Assembly (NCBI GenBank): GCA_000025185.1
Contig: CP001848.1
Span: 2,400,001-2,432,000 of the forward strand
Source: Pirellula staleyi DSM 6068
GTDB lineage: Bacteria > Planctomycetota > Planctomycetia > Pirellulales > Pirellulaceae
Length of the DNA stretch: 32,000 bases
Direction: 5' to 3'
Made by a program: the position numbers and the translations under genes. Below are positions 1 through 9,300 of this stretch, piece by piece. The notes beneath the pieces were generated by a model. The model was not told the origin of the DNA. It saw only the letters and a program-made list of their open reading frames with translations, and ran no database searches. Each line of letters opens with the position of its first letter. The stretch's first letter is position 1.

Positions 1-1
1 G

Positions 2-901
2 CCCGGCGCGATTCTCGCCTCGAACACCTCGACCCTGCAGATCAGCAAACTGGCCGAAGGACTCGCGCGACCAACCGATTTTTGCGGACTCCACTTTTTC
101 AATCCGGTCCGCCGCATGCAGCTGGTGGAAGTGATTCGTGGCGACAAAACAAGCGACCAGACCGTTGCGACCGCTGTGGCGTTTGCCAAACAGATTGGCA
201 AGATGCCGATCGTGGTGAAAGATGGCCCCGGGTTTCTCGTCAACCGGGTCCTCTCTCCGTATCTCAACGAGGCGCTGCAGCTGTTTGCCGACGGGGCCGA
301 GATCGATGCGATCGACGCCGCTGCGATTCGCTTCGGCATGCCACTCGGTCCGTTTCAGTTATACGACATGGTGGGGCTCGACACCGCGCTCTATGCTGGC
401 CGCACGATGTGGGAGGCGTTTCCCGAACGTGTGCTCGCCTCGCCGGTCATTCCGGCGCTCGTGAAAGCGGGGCGTCTCGGTCAGAAAAAAGGGGTCGGGT
501 TCTATACCTATCCCGGCAAAGGCAAGATGTCGCGGGTCGATGCCAAATCGCGCGAGATCGCGCTCCAGTATCGCCGCAAAGAATCGCGACTCGCTCCCGA
601 ATCGCTCGCCGATCGACTCTTGTTTCCGATGCTCCTCGAGGCAACGCGGCTGCTCGAAGAAGGGCGCGCTCGCGATCCACGCGATGTCGATCTCGGCGTG
701 ATCTTTGGACTCGGATTTCCGTCGAGTCGAGGGGGACTGCTCTACTGGGCCGATACCATCGGCGCGAGTGAAATTTTGCGCCGACTCGAGCCGCTGGCCG
801 ACATTGGTCCCCGCATGCAGCCGACCGAACTCTTGCGCGAAATGAGCCGGACGGGTAAGAAATTCTACGATCTTGTGACCACCCCACCGCTCCCCAGCTG
901 A
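2..901 (+). CDS. 3-hydroxyacyl-CoA dehydrogenase (FadB/FadJ-type beta-oxidation enzyme), C-terminal part; 5' end lies outside the window
   Basis: The frame of ORF 116..901 stays open back to base 2. It reads PGAILASNTSTLQISKLAEGL..FCGLHFFNPVRRMQLVEVIRG, the classic 3HCDH NAD-domain signature. A 3HCDH C-terminal domain follows (VNRVLSPYLNEA, FGLGFPSSRGGLLYWAD). A thiolase gene lies immediately downstream, as in fadBA operons. Confidence 0.9.
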   Translation, partial: PGAILASNTSTLQISKLAEGLARPTDFCGLHFFNPVRRMQLVEVIRGDKTSDQTVATAVAFAKQIGKMPIVVKDGPGFLVNRVLSPYLNEALQLFADGAEIDAIDAAAIRFGMPLGPFQLYDMVGLDTALYAGRTMWEAFPERVLASPVIPALVKAGRLGQKKGVGFYTYPGKGKMSRVDAKSREIALQYRRKESRLAPESLADRLLFPMLLEATRLLEEGRARDPRDVDLGVIFGLGFPSSRGGLLYWADTIGASEILRRLEPLADIGPRMQPTELLREMSRTGKKFYDLVTTPPLPS

Positions 902-944
902 GCGTGCTTTTGTGTCGCTGCCGCTTTCCTCGTGAGCCGCTTGC

Positions 945-2105
945 ATGCCTGCATCCGCCGTGATCGTCGATGCGATTCGCACTCCTGTCGGAAAAAGTTC
1001 CGAGAGTCACGGCCTCTATCGACAAACTCGCTCCGAAGATCTGGTGGTTGCCTGCCTGCGAAAGCTAGTCGAGCGCTGCGAACTCGATCCGCACAGCATC
1101 GACGATATCTACTTGGGCTGCACGCAGCAGCTCCGCGAGCAAGGGCTTAACATCGCGCGAATGGCTGCCCTTCTCGCAGGCTTTCCACCGACCGTGCCGG
1201 GAGCGACGATCAATCGCCTGTGCGGCAGCAGCCTCGAAGCGATTCGCATCGCCGCACAGCAGATCGAGCTTGGCGAAGCTGAAGCGATTCTCGCCGGTGG
1301 TGTCGAGCATATGCAGCATTTGCCGATGGAATCGACAGTCGATTTGCATCCGGAACTGGCGCGCTATACCTCCCGCGCGAGTGTGCGCATGGGAATGACA
1401 GCCGAGTTTCTGGCGGAGCGGTTTTCGATTACACGCGCGGAGCAAGATGCGTTTGCCCTGGAGAGTCATCATCGCGCAGCACGCGCTGCTGAGCAGGGCT
1501 GTTTCGCGCGCGAAATGGTGCCGATCTCGGGTCTCGATACAAGCGGTCAGCCAGTGCTGGCCACGCGCGATCAGCCGACGCGGGGGGATACATCGCTCGA
1601 GCATCTCGCAGCGCTCCCTGCTGCCTTTTGTCGCCACGGATCGGTGACTGCCGGCAACAGCTCGCCCCTTTCCGATGGGGCTGCGATCACTCTTGTGATG
1701 GACGAAGCGACGGCGAAAGCACGCGGACTTCAGCCCCTCGCGCGGATCGTCGGCAGCGCGGTGGCGGGGCTCGAGCCGTCGCTGATGGGGCTCGGACCTG
1801 TCGTCGCCTCGCGCAAGCTGCTCGCGAAGCAGAAGCTCGACGTCGCCGAGATCGATCGCTGGGAACTGAGCGAAGCGTTCGCCGTGCAGACACTCGCCTG
1901 CATCGAGCAGCTGGGGCTCGCGCCGCAGCGCGTGAATCTGTCGGGAGGTGGGCTCTCGATCGGGCATCCGCTCGGCGCCAGTGGTGCGCGAATGATGGCG
2001 ACCCTGGTGCATGGAATGGTGCGTGATCAAGTCGAGCTCGGTGTCGCGGCGATGTGCATCGGCATGGGGCAAGGGATCGCAATTTTAGTGGAGAACATCA
2101 CATGA
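945..2105 (+). CDS. fadA: acetyl-CoA C-acyltransferase / 3-ketoacyl-CoA thiolase
   Basis: 386 aa. The N-terminus is AVIVDAIRTPVGK and the active-site Cys motif is INRLCGSSLEAI. The C-terminal thiolase motifs NLSGGGLSIGHPLGASGARM and CIGMGQGIA are present. It is positioned after the fadB-like gene. Confidence 0.93.
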   Translation: MPASAVIVDAIRTPVGKSSESHGLYRQTRSEDLVVACLRKLVERCELDPHSIDDIYLGCTQQLREQGLNIARMAALLAGFPPTVPGATINRLCGSSLEAIRIAAQQIELGEAEAILAGGVEHMQHLPMESTVDLHPELARYTSRASVRMGMTAEFLAERFSITRAEQDAFALESHHRAARAAEQGCFAREMVPISGLDTSGQPVLATRDQPTRGDTSLEHLAALPAAFCRHGSVTAGNSSPLSDGAAITLVMDEATAKARGLQPLARIVGSAVAGLEPSLMGLGPVVASRKLLAKQKLDVAEIDRWELSEAFAVQTLACIEQLGLAPQRVNLSGGGLSIGHPLGASGARMMATLVHGMVRDQVELGVAAMCIGMGQGIAILVENIT

Positions 2106-3259
2106 AGCTGGGCGAAGTCGACGAAATCACAGGCCCGCGTGTGGCTCCTTATGCGGTGCACGACCTGTCGCAAATTCCCTCTCCCGCGCTGCTGCTGTTT
2201 CGCGAACTGATCGAGGCGAATATCGATGAAATGATTCGCGTCGCAGGTTCCGCCGCGCGACTGCGCCCCCACTGTAAAACACACAAGCTCGGGCCGATCA
2301 TCGCGCTGGAACTAGTGCGCGGCATCACAAAACACAAATGCGCCACCATTGCCGAGGCCGAGATGCTCGCCCTGGCGGGAGTGCGCGACATTCTGCTGGC
2401 CTACAACATCGTCGGCCCGAACATCGCGCGCGTGATTCAGCTCGTCGAGCAGTTTCCAGGACTCGAGCTGATCGTCACCGCCGATCATCCCCAGCCCGTC
2501 GCCGAACTGTCGCGCGCGATCAGCAGCCGCACGAGCGCAGTCAAGATCGGAGTGCTACTCGACCTCGATAGTGGCATGCAGCGTACCGGGCTGCCGCCTG
2601 GAGAAGCAGCGATTGCCCTCTACACGCAAATCAGCCAAGCGCCAGGGCTCCGCGCTGCCGGGATTCATCTTTACGACGGACAAAATCACCAGCGCGAAAT
2701 CGGCGAGCGAATCTCGGCTGTCACGCACTGCTGGAACCTCGCCAAGCAGTTTGCTGCGGAGCTCGAAAGTCGTGGGCTCGCGGTCCCAGCGATTGTCGCC
2801 GGAGGGACTGGTTCGTTTCCGGTGTATGCCGCAATTCAAGATGCACGGCTCGAGCTGAGCCCCGGCACCGTGGTGCTGCACGATCAGGGTTATAGCGAAA
2901 CGTATGCCGACCTGAAGTTCACTCCCGCAGCAGCGCTGCTGACGCGGGTGATCAGCCGACCGACCGAGCGCCGCGTCACATTCGACTTGGGCTATAAGGC
3001 AGTGGCTTCCGATCCTCCGATGGCCTCGCGGCTGATACTCCCCGCCCTTCCCGATGCCAAAATTGTGCTCCATAACGAGGAGCATTTGGTGCTCGAAACG
3101 CCGGGGATTTGCGACCTTCAGCCGGGGGATGCTTGCCTCGCGATTCCACGGCACATCTGTCCCACCACCGCGCTGCACGAAGTGGTGTACGTCATTAGCC
3201 AAGGGCGACTCGAGACCACCTGGCAAGTCGCAGCTCGTCGGCGAACGCTCTCGATTTAG
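2102..3259 (+). CDS. D-TA/DSD1-family PLP enzyme (D-threonine aldolase / D-serine dehydratase-like; alanine-racemase-N fold)
   Basis: The PLP-lysine motif RPHCKTHK is present. The C-terminal D-serine-dehydratase-like segment reads NEEHLVLE..LQPGDACLAIPRHICPTTALH. I place the start at ATG 2102 (MKLGEVDE), which overlaps the thiolase stop as ATGA. The longer ORF from 2054 lies inside the thiolase gene. Confidence 0.8.
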   Translation: MKLGEVDEITGPRVAPYAVHDLSQIPSPALLLFRELIEANIDEMIRVAGSAARLRPHCKTHKLGPIIALELVRGITKHKCATIAEAEMLALAGVRDILLAYNIVGPNIARVIQLVEQFPGLELIVTADHPQPVAELSRAISSRTSAVKIGVLLDLDSGMQRTGLPPGEAAIALYTQISQAPGLRAAGIHLYDGQNHQREIGERISAVTHCWNLAKQFAAELESRGLAVPAIVAGGTGSFPVYAAIQDARLELSPGTVVLHDQGYSETYADLKFTPAAALLTRVISRPTERRVTFDLGYKAVASDPPMASRLILPALPDAKIVLHNEEHLVLETPGICDLQPGDACLAIPRHICPTTALHEVVYVISQGRLETTWQVAARRRTLSI

Positions 3260-3399
3260 TCCAAATTGCACGCACACAACCGCTGGTCGTGGCGTGTTCG
3301 CTTCGGCTCGTGGCGTCAATTTTCTGGGTGCCTGTGTGGTACGCAGCTCAACAGAGTGTAAGTAGCGGCACTTGTCAGGCCGTGGATAAAACAGGCTGG

Positions 3400-6300
3400 C
3401 TACTCCATGGCTCGCATCGGAATGCGGACCGCTTCGAGCTTTTTGATTTCAGCGTCGAGCGTTTGACGTTCTTCGACCGAGAGTTCAATCGCGCGAAGCG
3501 TCTTGATCGCTGCTGCGGCCTGCTGCTGCTGGCCAAGCTCGATCAATTGCCGCGCGGCCTCGAGTAGTTGCTCGCGACTCTTGGGAGCCAGCTCCACGGC
3601 CCGCTCGAAACAGTGCACCGCTTCGGCGCTACGCTTTTGAGCTCGCAAAGCGCGACCGATCGCGAGGTACGAATCGGCTTCTCCCGCTGCGGTGTCGGCG
3701 ATCGAGTGTCGCGCGCGATCGGCAGACTGGGGGTCTTGCGACTGCTGATACAGCTCCGCAAGTTCGTCCCACCACAGCGTTTTACGAGGATGAATTTCCA
3801 GCGAACTATAGAGCTGCTCGCGAAGCTGCTCGCTCTCTCCAGCCGAGCGGAGCGCGTCGATCAGCTGCTGAGCGAGCGCTTCATCCTCGGGCGTAAACTC
3901 GATCGCGATACGCAGCTGGGCGATCGCTCCTTGCACTTCGCCACGCCGCTCGAGCTCCGTGGCAATTGCCTGCCGCAAGATCGGTCGATCCTGCGCACTT
4001 GCGGCGGTTTGCTTGTCGAGCCACGCGATATATGCGGGCAGATCCTGGCACTTTTCTAAAACCGTGGCGAGGGTTTTGCGAGTCACCTCTTGCTGCGCGG
4101 GATCACGCGCGGCGACCACCATGGCGCTTGCTGCTGCCTCAACAGCCTCTTGCGTTTGGCCGAGCTCGGCCAGCGCTTGGGCGTCCAGCTGGTACCACTC
4201 CGCCAGCAGCGCGTCTTCCCGCCCACCGGTGAGGGTCAATCGCTGCGCCACCAGTGGAGCGACTAGTTCGTGCGCTTCACGGCTCCAGCCGAACTCAACC
4301 GCCAGCCGCACGAGCTGATGTTGGTGATGTTGCGAGCGGTTTTTCTCTGCTGCCACTTGCTTGCGGAGCAGCGCGAAACGTTCTTTCGCACCGGCCACAT
4401 CCCCGGTGAGCGCGGTTGCGCGAATCCAGAGCCATTGGGGCTCGAACCACGTCGGCTTGTTTTCGATAATCGGACCGAGGATCGCCACAGCTTCGGCATA
4501 GCGACGATCTTCGACGAGCCAATCGGCCAATGTGTAGCTGCCGGAGTCGCTCAGCAACTTTCGCTCCCGAGCATTCACAAGCAAACTCACCGCTTCCGCG
4601 GGTAGATGAAGCACATCGCGAACATACGAGCCGCAGCGCAGGATGATCGCTTCGTCGCGACTTTGCCCCGCCAGCTCCTGCGCCACTTTCAGGAACTCGG
4701 CCTGCTTGGTAGCCCAGTAGTATCGGCCATCGCGATCGAAAAATTCGTGCGCTTCACCTGGCTCACGCCGCAAATAACGCATGAGTCGCGGCAGCACGGT
4801 CGCGAGCAATTTTTTCTCGAGATCAGCGCGAAGTTTCGTGCCTGGCTTGTTCTCGCCACTCTCTGCCGCAGCGATCGAGTCCTCCAGAGCGCTCCCCATC
4901 GTCCCCGCGATTTCGTCCCAGATCGAAGTCCCTTGCCACTGGCGAAACTGCGGTTCCTTTTCGAGGAGCAAGAGCCCCAACTCGATCGCCGGATTCACCA
5001 GGTGATGATCGGCAAAAATCGATAAGGCGCGCTCGGCCGGCTGATCCTGGTTGCTATGGACCCGCTCGACTACCCACGGAGCTACTTCGCGTAGTGTCGC
5101 CAAAGCAGTTGCTTCAGCGCCGGGCAAATTCAAATCGAGACCAGCCTCGAGCAGGCTTGTCAGTGCGGCGTACCATTCGAGTCGCTCTTGCTGACGGATC
5201 GCTTGGCGGAGCTCGGTGGTTTGATACACGAGGGCACTTTGGAACTGGGCACCGTCGCGACCGAGTGAAGTTTCACCGGCATCAGCTACAGCGCGGCCAT
5301 AAATCTGCGCGAGGAGCAGCTTCAGCCGATCTTGCAATTGGCTCGGCGATGTTTCCTTCAGGAGCTTGATAGCGCGCGTTTCGCTCGAGCGGAAATTGCC
5401 GACGTTCATCTCCTGTTCCGTCAGATTCTCGATCGCCGTGAGCATGAACTTCGCAGGCTTTCCGGCATTCTTAGCGAGTGCTGCATCAAGTTCAGCGGCG
5501 AGTAGCAGAGCTCCCTTTTCTTCACGATCTTGACGCGACAGAAAATCGGCCACATCGACTGCCAGCGATAAACGCTCGCGCGTACCCAGCTTTTCGGTCG
5601 CCAGGCAACGCTCTGCCGTGGCGATCCAGGCATCGACCAATGGCGCGTGGCTCGCAGCTGTTTGCACACCCAGGAGACGAATCACTTTTTCGGGATGTTC
5701 GATCGGCTGATCGGTCGGGAAAGCGCGCGTCCAGTGTTCCATCGCTTGAGTTGCATGCCGCGCGGCAGCTCCTTCAACCATCGCAGCTCGTGCTTCGGCG
5801 AGCATCATCCAAAGCTCGAGCGACCGCTGATCGTGCGGCGCTGGATGCTTGGTTTGCAGCTCGCGTGCGTAACGGACCATCTCGTCGGTCGATGCTTCTT
5901 CGTAGACATCTTCGAGGACCGATTGAAACGCGATCAACTGATCGATGGCGTCGGACTGATCGCGCCCGATGAGCGACTCGGCAAGGACCGACAACAGCCG
6001 GAAATCGCGCGATTGGCGATACGAGCGGCGAATTTCGTCCCCGATATTCCGGAGTGAGTTGGGCTGCTCGAGCACCACCCGCATCTTGTCAAGCGTTCGC
6101 TCGTCGGCCGTTTCTCCGGCGGGGAGGTTGCGAAGTTCGCTCTTCACCTGCTCGCTTAAATCGTACGAACTGGTGCGACGGTACTTGGCCAGCAGCGTTT
6201 GCTGAGAGGCGACTTGCTCGCCGAGCGCCAGACGCCAGCGGGCGACTTGATCGAGCTGAGATTCGTCGAGACTCTGCGCCGCTTCGAGCGGCTGAAGTGT

Positions 6301-9300
6301 AGCAATCGCCTCGCTCAGTTCCCCCACTTCAGCTTGCAACTGAGCGAGTTCCCAGCGCACGCGCGGGCTGGTCGGATCATCGGCCAGCAGTGCGCGAAGC
6401 ATCTGCTGTACCTCGCGCGAGCGATCAGCCGCCAGGAGTGTGAGGTACTCCAGATCGCGTCGCGTCGCGGCGTCGATCTCACCGGGCTGAGGCTTTTCAC
6501 GCAGCTCGGCGAGAAGCTGATCGACCGCAGCAGCGGGCTGTTTGTCGGCGGTCACCAGTTGTGCGGTGAACTGCAACGCCACTTGGTGCAGCGTCGCGCT
6601 CACCAGGAGCAGCGCTTCACGCTCGTCGTCTGCGAGCTGTTTATCGGCCGCGATCGAGGCCGCAATTTCCCGCGCTTCTCCGATCAACTTCCAGCCGTTT
6701 TTCACCAGCGCTGCCGACTCGCTACCGAACTGCTTCTCGAGCGCTGCCATCTTGAGCTGCAGCTGCAAATTCCAGAGCGGACGCTTGTCGGCCAGCTTTT
6801 CGAGTTCGCTGCGCAGTTTTTTACGCGCTGCGATCTTCGCGTCTTGTAGCTGCTGCGAGCGCTGGGTGCGCGTGAGCTTGGGATCACGCACAATGCGCTG
6901 TTGATCATTGGTATCGGCCTGTTTTTCGATTCTCTCAACGACTAGATCCAGCTCCTGCAGTTGATCGACCAGTTGCTGCGTGCCTGTCTTGGCTCGCGAC
7001 AGATTTTTGAGCTCGGGAAGGATCGCGTAGATCTTTTCAAGCTCGCTCGAGCCGCGCTGCTGCTCGATCCATTGCCGATGGAATTCGTCGCGCACTGGGC
7101 CCGTTGTCTTGGCAATGAGCAACTGCAAAATCGGCTTCCCTTGCAGGTCGGAGAGGCCCAGGGAAAGGATCGCTTCGCCGAGCGCCAGCTTCGCGCGGTC
7201 GCTCTGATCGGCCACAAGTCGCTCGAGCAATCGCTCGGCAATCGGCTCCGTCACTTTCTGCTCATCTTCGATCGCTGCAGGAAAGTTCTCGAGGAATTCG
7301 GCAAGCGTTTGGATCTCGAAAATCGGCAGCGTTTCGCAGCGGGCGAGTAGGTTGCGAAGAATCGTCTGCCGAATATGGCTCTGCACGGGCTCGCGAATTT
7401 GGTTGGAAACTGTCAGGTCATACAGTGCCATCCGCGGGCTTTCGCTGGCCGCTTGGGTGATTAGCGCTCGCGCCACTTGGTCTTCAAAACGATATTTTCC
7501 ATCGTTATCGGGCGTGTTAAACGACTGGAATCCACCGACGTTGTTGGCAATCACGCTCGAGGCTTGCGTGAGCTCGATTTCTTCAGCCCGCGTGAGCTGA
7601 CGATGATCGGCAGCAGCTGCGAGCGCCGCGCGAAGCCGCGCATCGAGCGCTTCCTTTTGCCCCATGCTGAGGAGGACGTAATACTCGATCCGTACGCGGC
7701 TATAGCTCGGCTCGGGAACCGCTTTCTTCCATTTTTCCAAGAGCTCGGCAGATTCGGCAATCGCACCATCGTCGACGAAAATCTGCCACGACTTGGCGAA
7801 CAGATGATCGAGGTTGCTGGTGCGCTTCAGTTGCTGCATGCGCTCGATGGCGCTGGTGATGATCTCATGCGCTGCGAGCGATTCTCCCTCGCGATGGAGA
7901 CGATCGGCGGCCACGAGCACTGCCTCGGTCGATTCGGGAAATTGCTTCACATTGTCGAGGTAAAGCTGAATTCCTCGGGCGTTATCGAGCTCGTACTCAA
8001 GTGCCGCTGCAGTCTCATGCCACTGATAACGATGGTACGACGTAGCGGGAGATCGCAGCACAATGGGGCGGGCCAATTCGTGCAGCTGTTGCTGCTGTGG
8101 GGTCGTGAGGATGTCTCGCGCGTATTGCTGCAGTTCTCCCATCAGCCGCAGTTCACCGGCGTGCGGCTGGGTGGCGAGTTGCTTCAGCATCGCTTCGAGC
8201 AGCGCCAGTGTGGGGCGATGGTCGCGATTGTGGCTTGCAAGCTGCAGCATCAGTAGCTGCCAGATCCAGTCGGCATGCGGCTCGTTCTTGAGCAGCTGCA
8301 CTTGGTCGGTCGTATCGCTGTAACGCTGATGTTCGATGAGTGTGCCGATCCAAGCGAGTCGATCGCTCGGAGTGAGTTTTCCCATCGGGGGAGCATTCAC
8401 GCGCAGCTCGCGGAGTGGAAGCTCGATGGCAAGCAGCCCTTCGCGAAGTTTCATCGAGGCTGCGAAATCGGCATCGAATTGCTCGGCCGTGCGGAGCTCG
8501 ATTGTTCGTTCTCGGCGCACTACCTCGCGACCTTCGTCATCGAGCGTCACTTCCACCGTCGCGAGCCACTGCTGACCCACCTGGATGAACTTTTCGAAGC
8601 GTGATGCCAGACGATAGGTGCCGTTGAACTTGGTCCAGAGCTCGACGATCGTGAGCCGCTTGGTATGCACCAGCAGCTTAACGCTGTGGCGTTCATCTCC
8701 CAGCGGATCGCGCAGTTCGAGCCAAACATGGTCGGGCTTGTCTGCCGGAACAAGCGCCGCGCGAAACTCCCGGTGGTGGTAAAGCAAATGCGCCTGCAGT
8801 TCGCTCGTCAGAATGACCGGCGGCTGTTCCAGATCACTTGCCGCAGCAGCGCGTGAAAGATGCAGTTGATACATCGGCCAGAGATAGCCTCGCGTGTCGC
8901 GCGTGCAGTAGTTCGTCTCGGGATTGCTCCCCTCCTGACGTACCAGCCAGGCCTTGGGCGAGAGCAGAATCCGCTGTTCGCTACTCAAGGTGAACCCAGG
9001 CTGCGACAGATCGCGGCGCGACTCCGTTTGACGAATCGCCACGCTTTCGGTCAGACTTTGTGGTTGCGCTGAACGCAACAACTGCTGCGCGAGCTGAAAC
9101 GCCTCCTGCGACCAAGTGGCAGGCTGCTTGTTGATCGAATGGAGCTTGCGCGGGCTCGCGGGAATCGCTCCTGCGATCATTCCGATCGGGTCGTGAATCG
9201 CATCCACATAGGGACGAGACCTAGTCTCCGCCAGCATTCCTCGCTCTTGGCCTTTTCGATCGGATAAGCGGCGGCCGGTGATCGCGAACGCTTGTCCTCT

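Noticed and set aside
1065-2072. 335-aa minus-strand ORF antisense to the thiolase. Similar antisense ORFs occur at 15513..16661 (obg), 17762..19045 (PGK-like), 22674..23690 (DUF1559), 29420..30205 (dipeptidase) and 31115..31999 (dockerin-like gene).
   Set aside because: Each overlaps a gene with strong family motifs on the other strand. Each translates to Arg/His/Gly-rich nonsense typical of GC-rich antisense frames.
2054-2101. N-terminal extensions offered by the ORF track for several genes (2054, 17678, 20010, 24715, 29237, 29291, 25463).
   Set aside because: The extensions overlap upstream genes or add Arg-rich, non-signal sequence ahead of an internal ATG. That internal ATG has a better RBS and/or a proper signal peptide. 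Internal starts were preferred, but they are unverified.
3260-3399. Looked for a terminator hairpin between the convergent D-TA-like and giant genes, and noted a short direct repeat TCGTGGCGT x2 (about 3287 and 3309).
   Set aside because: No convincing stem-loop with a U-run was found. A 9-nt direct repeat is unremarkable.
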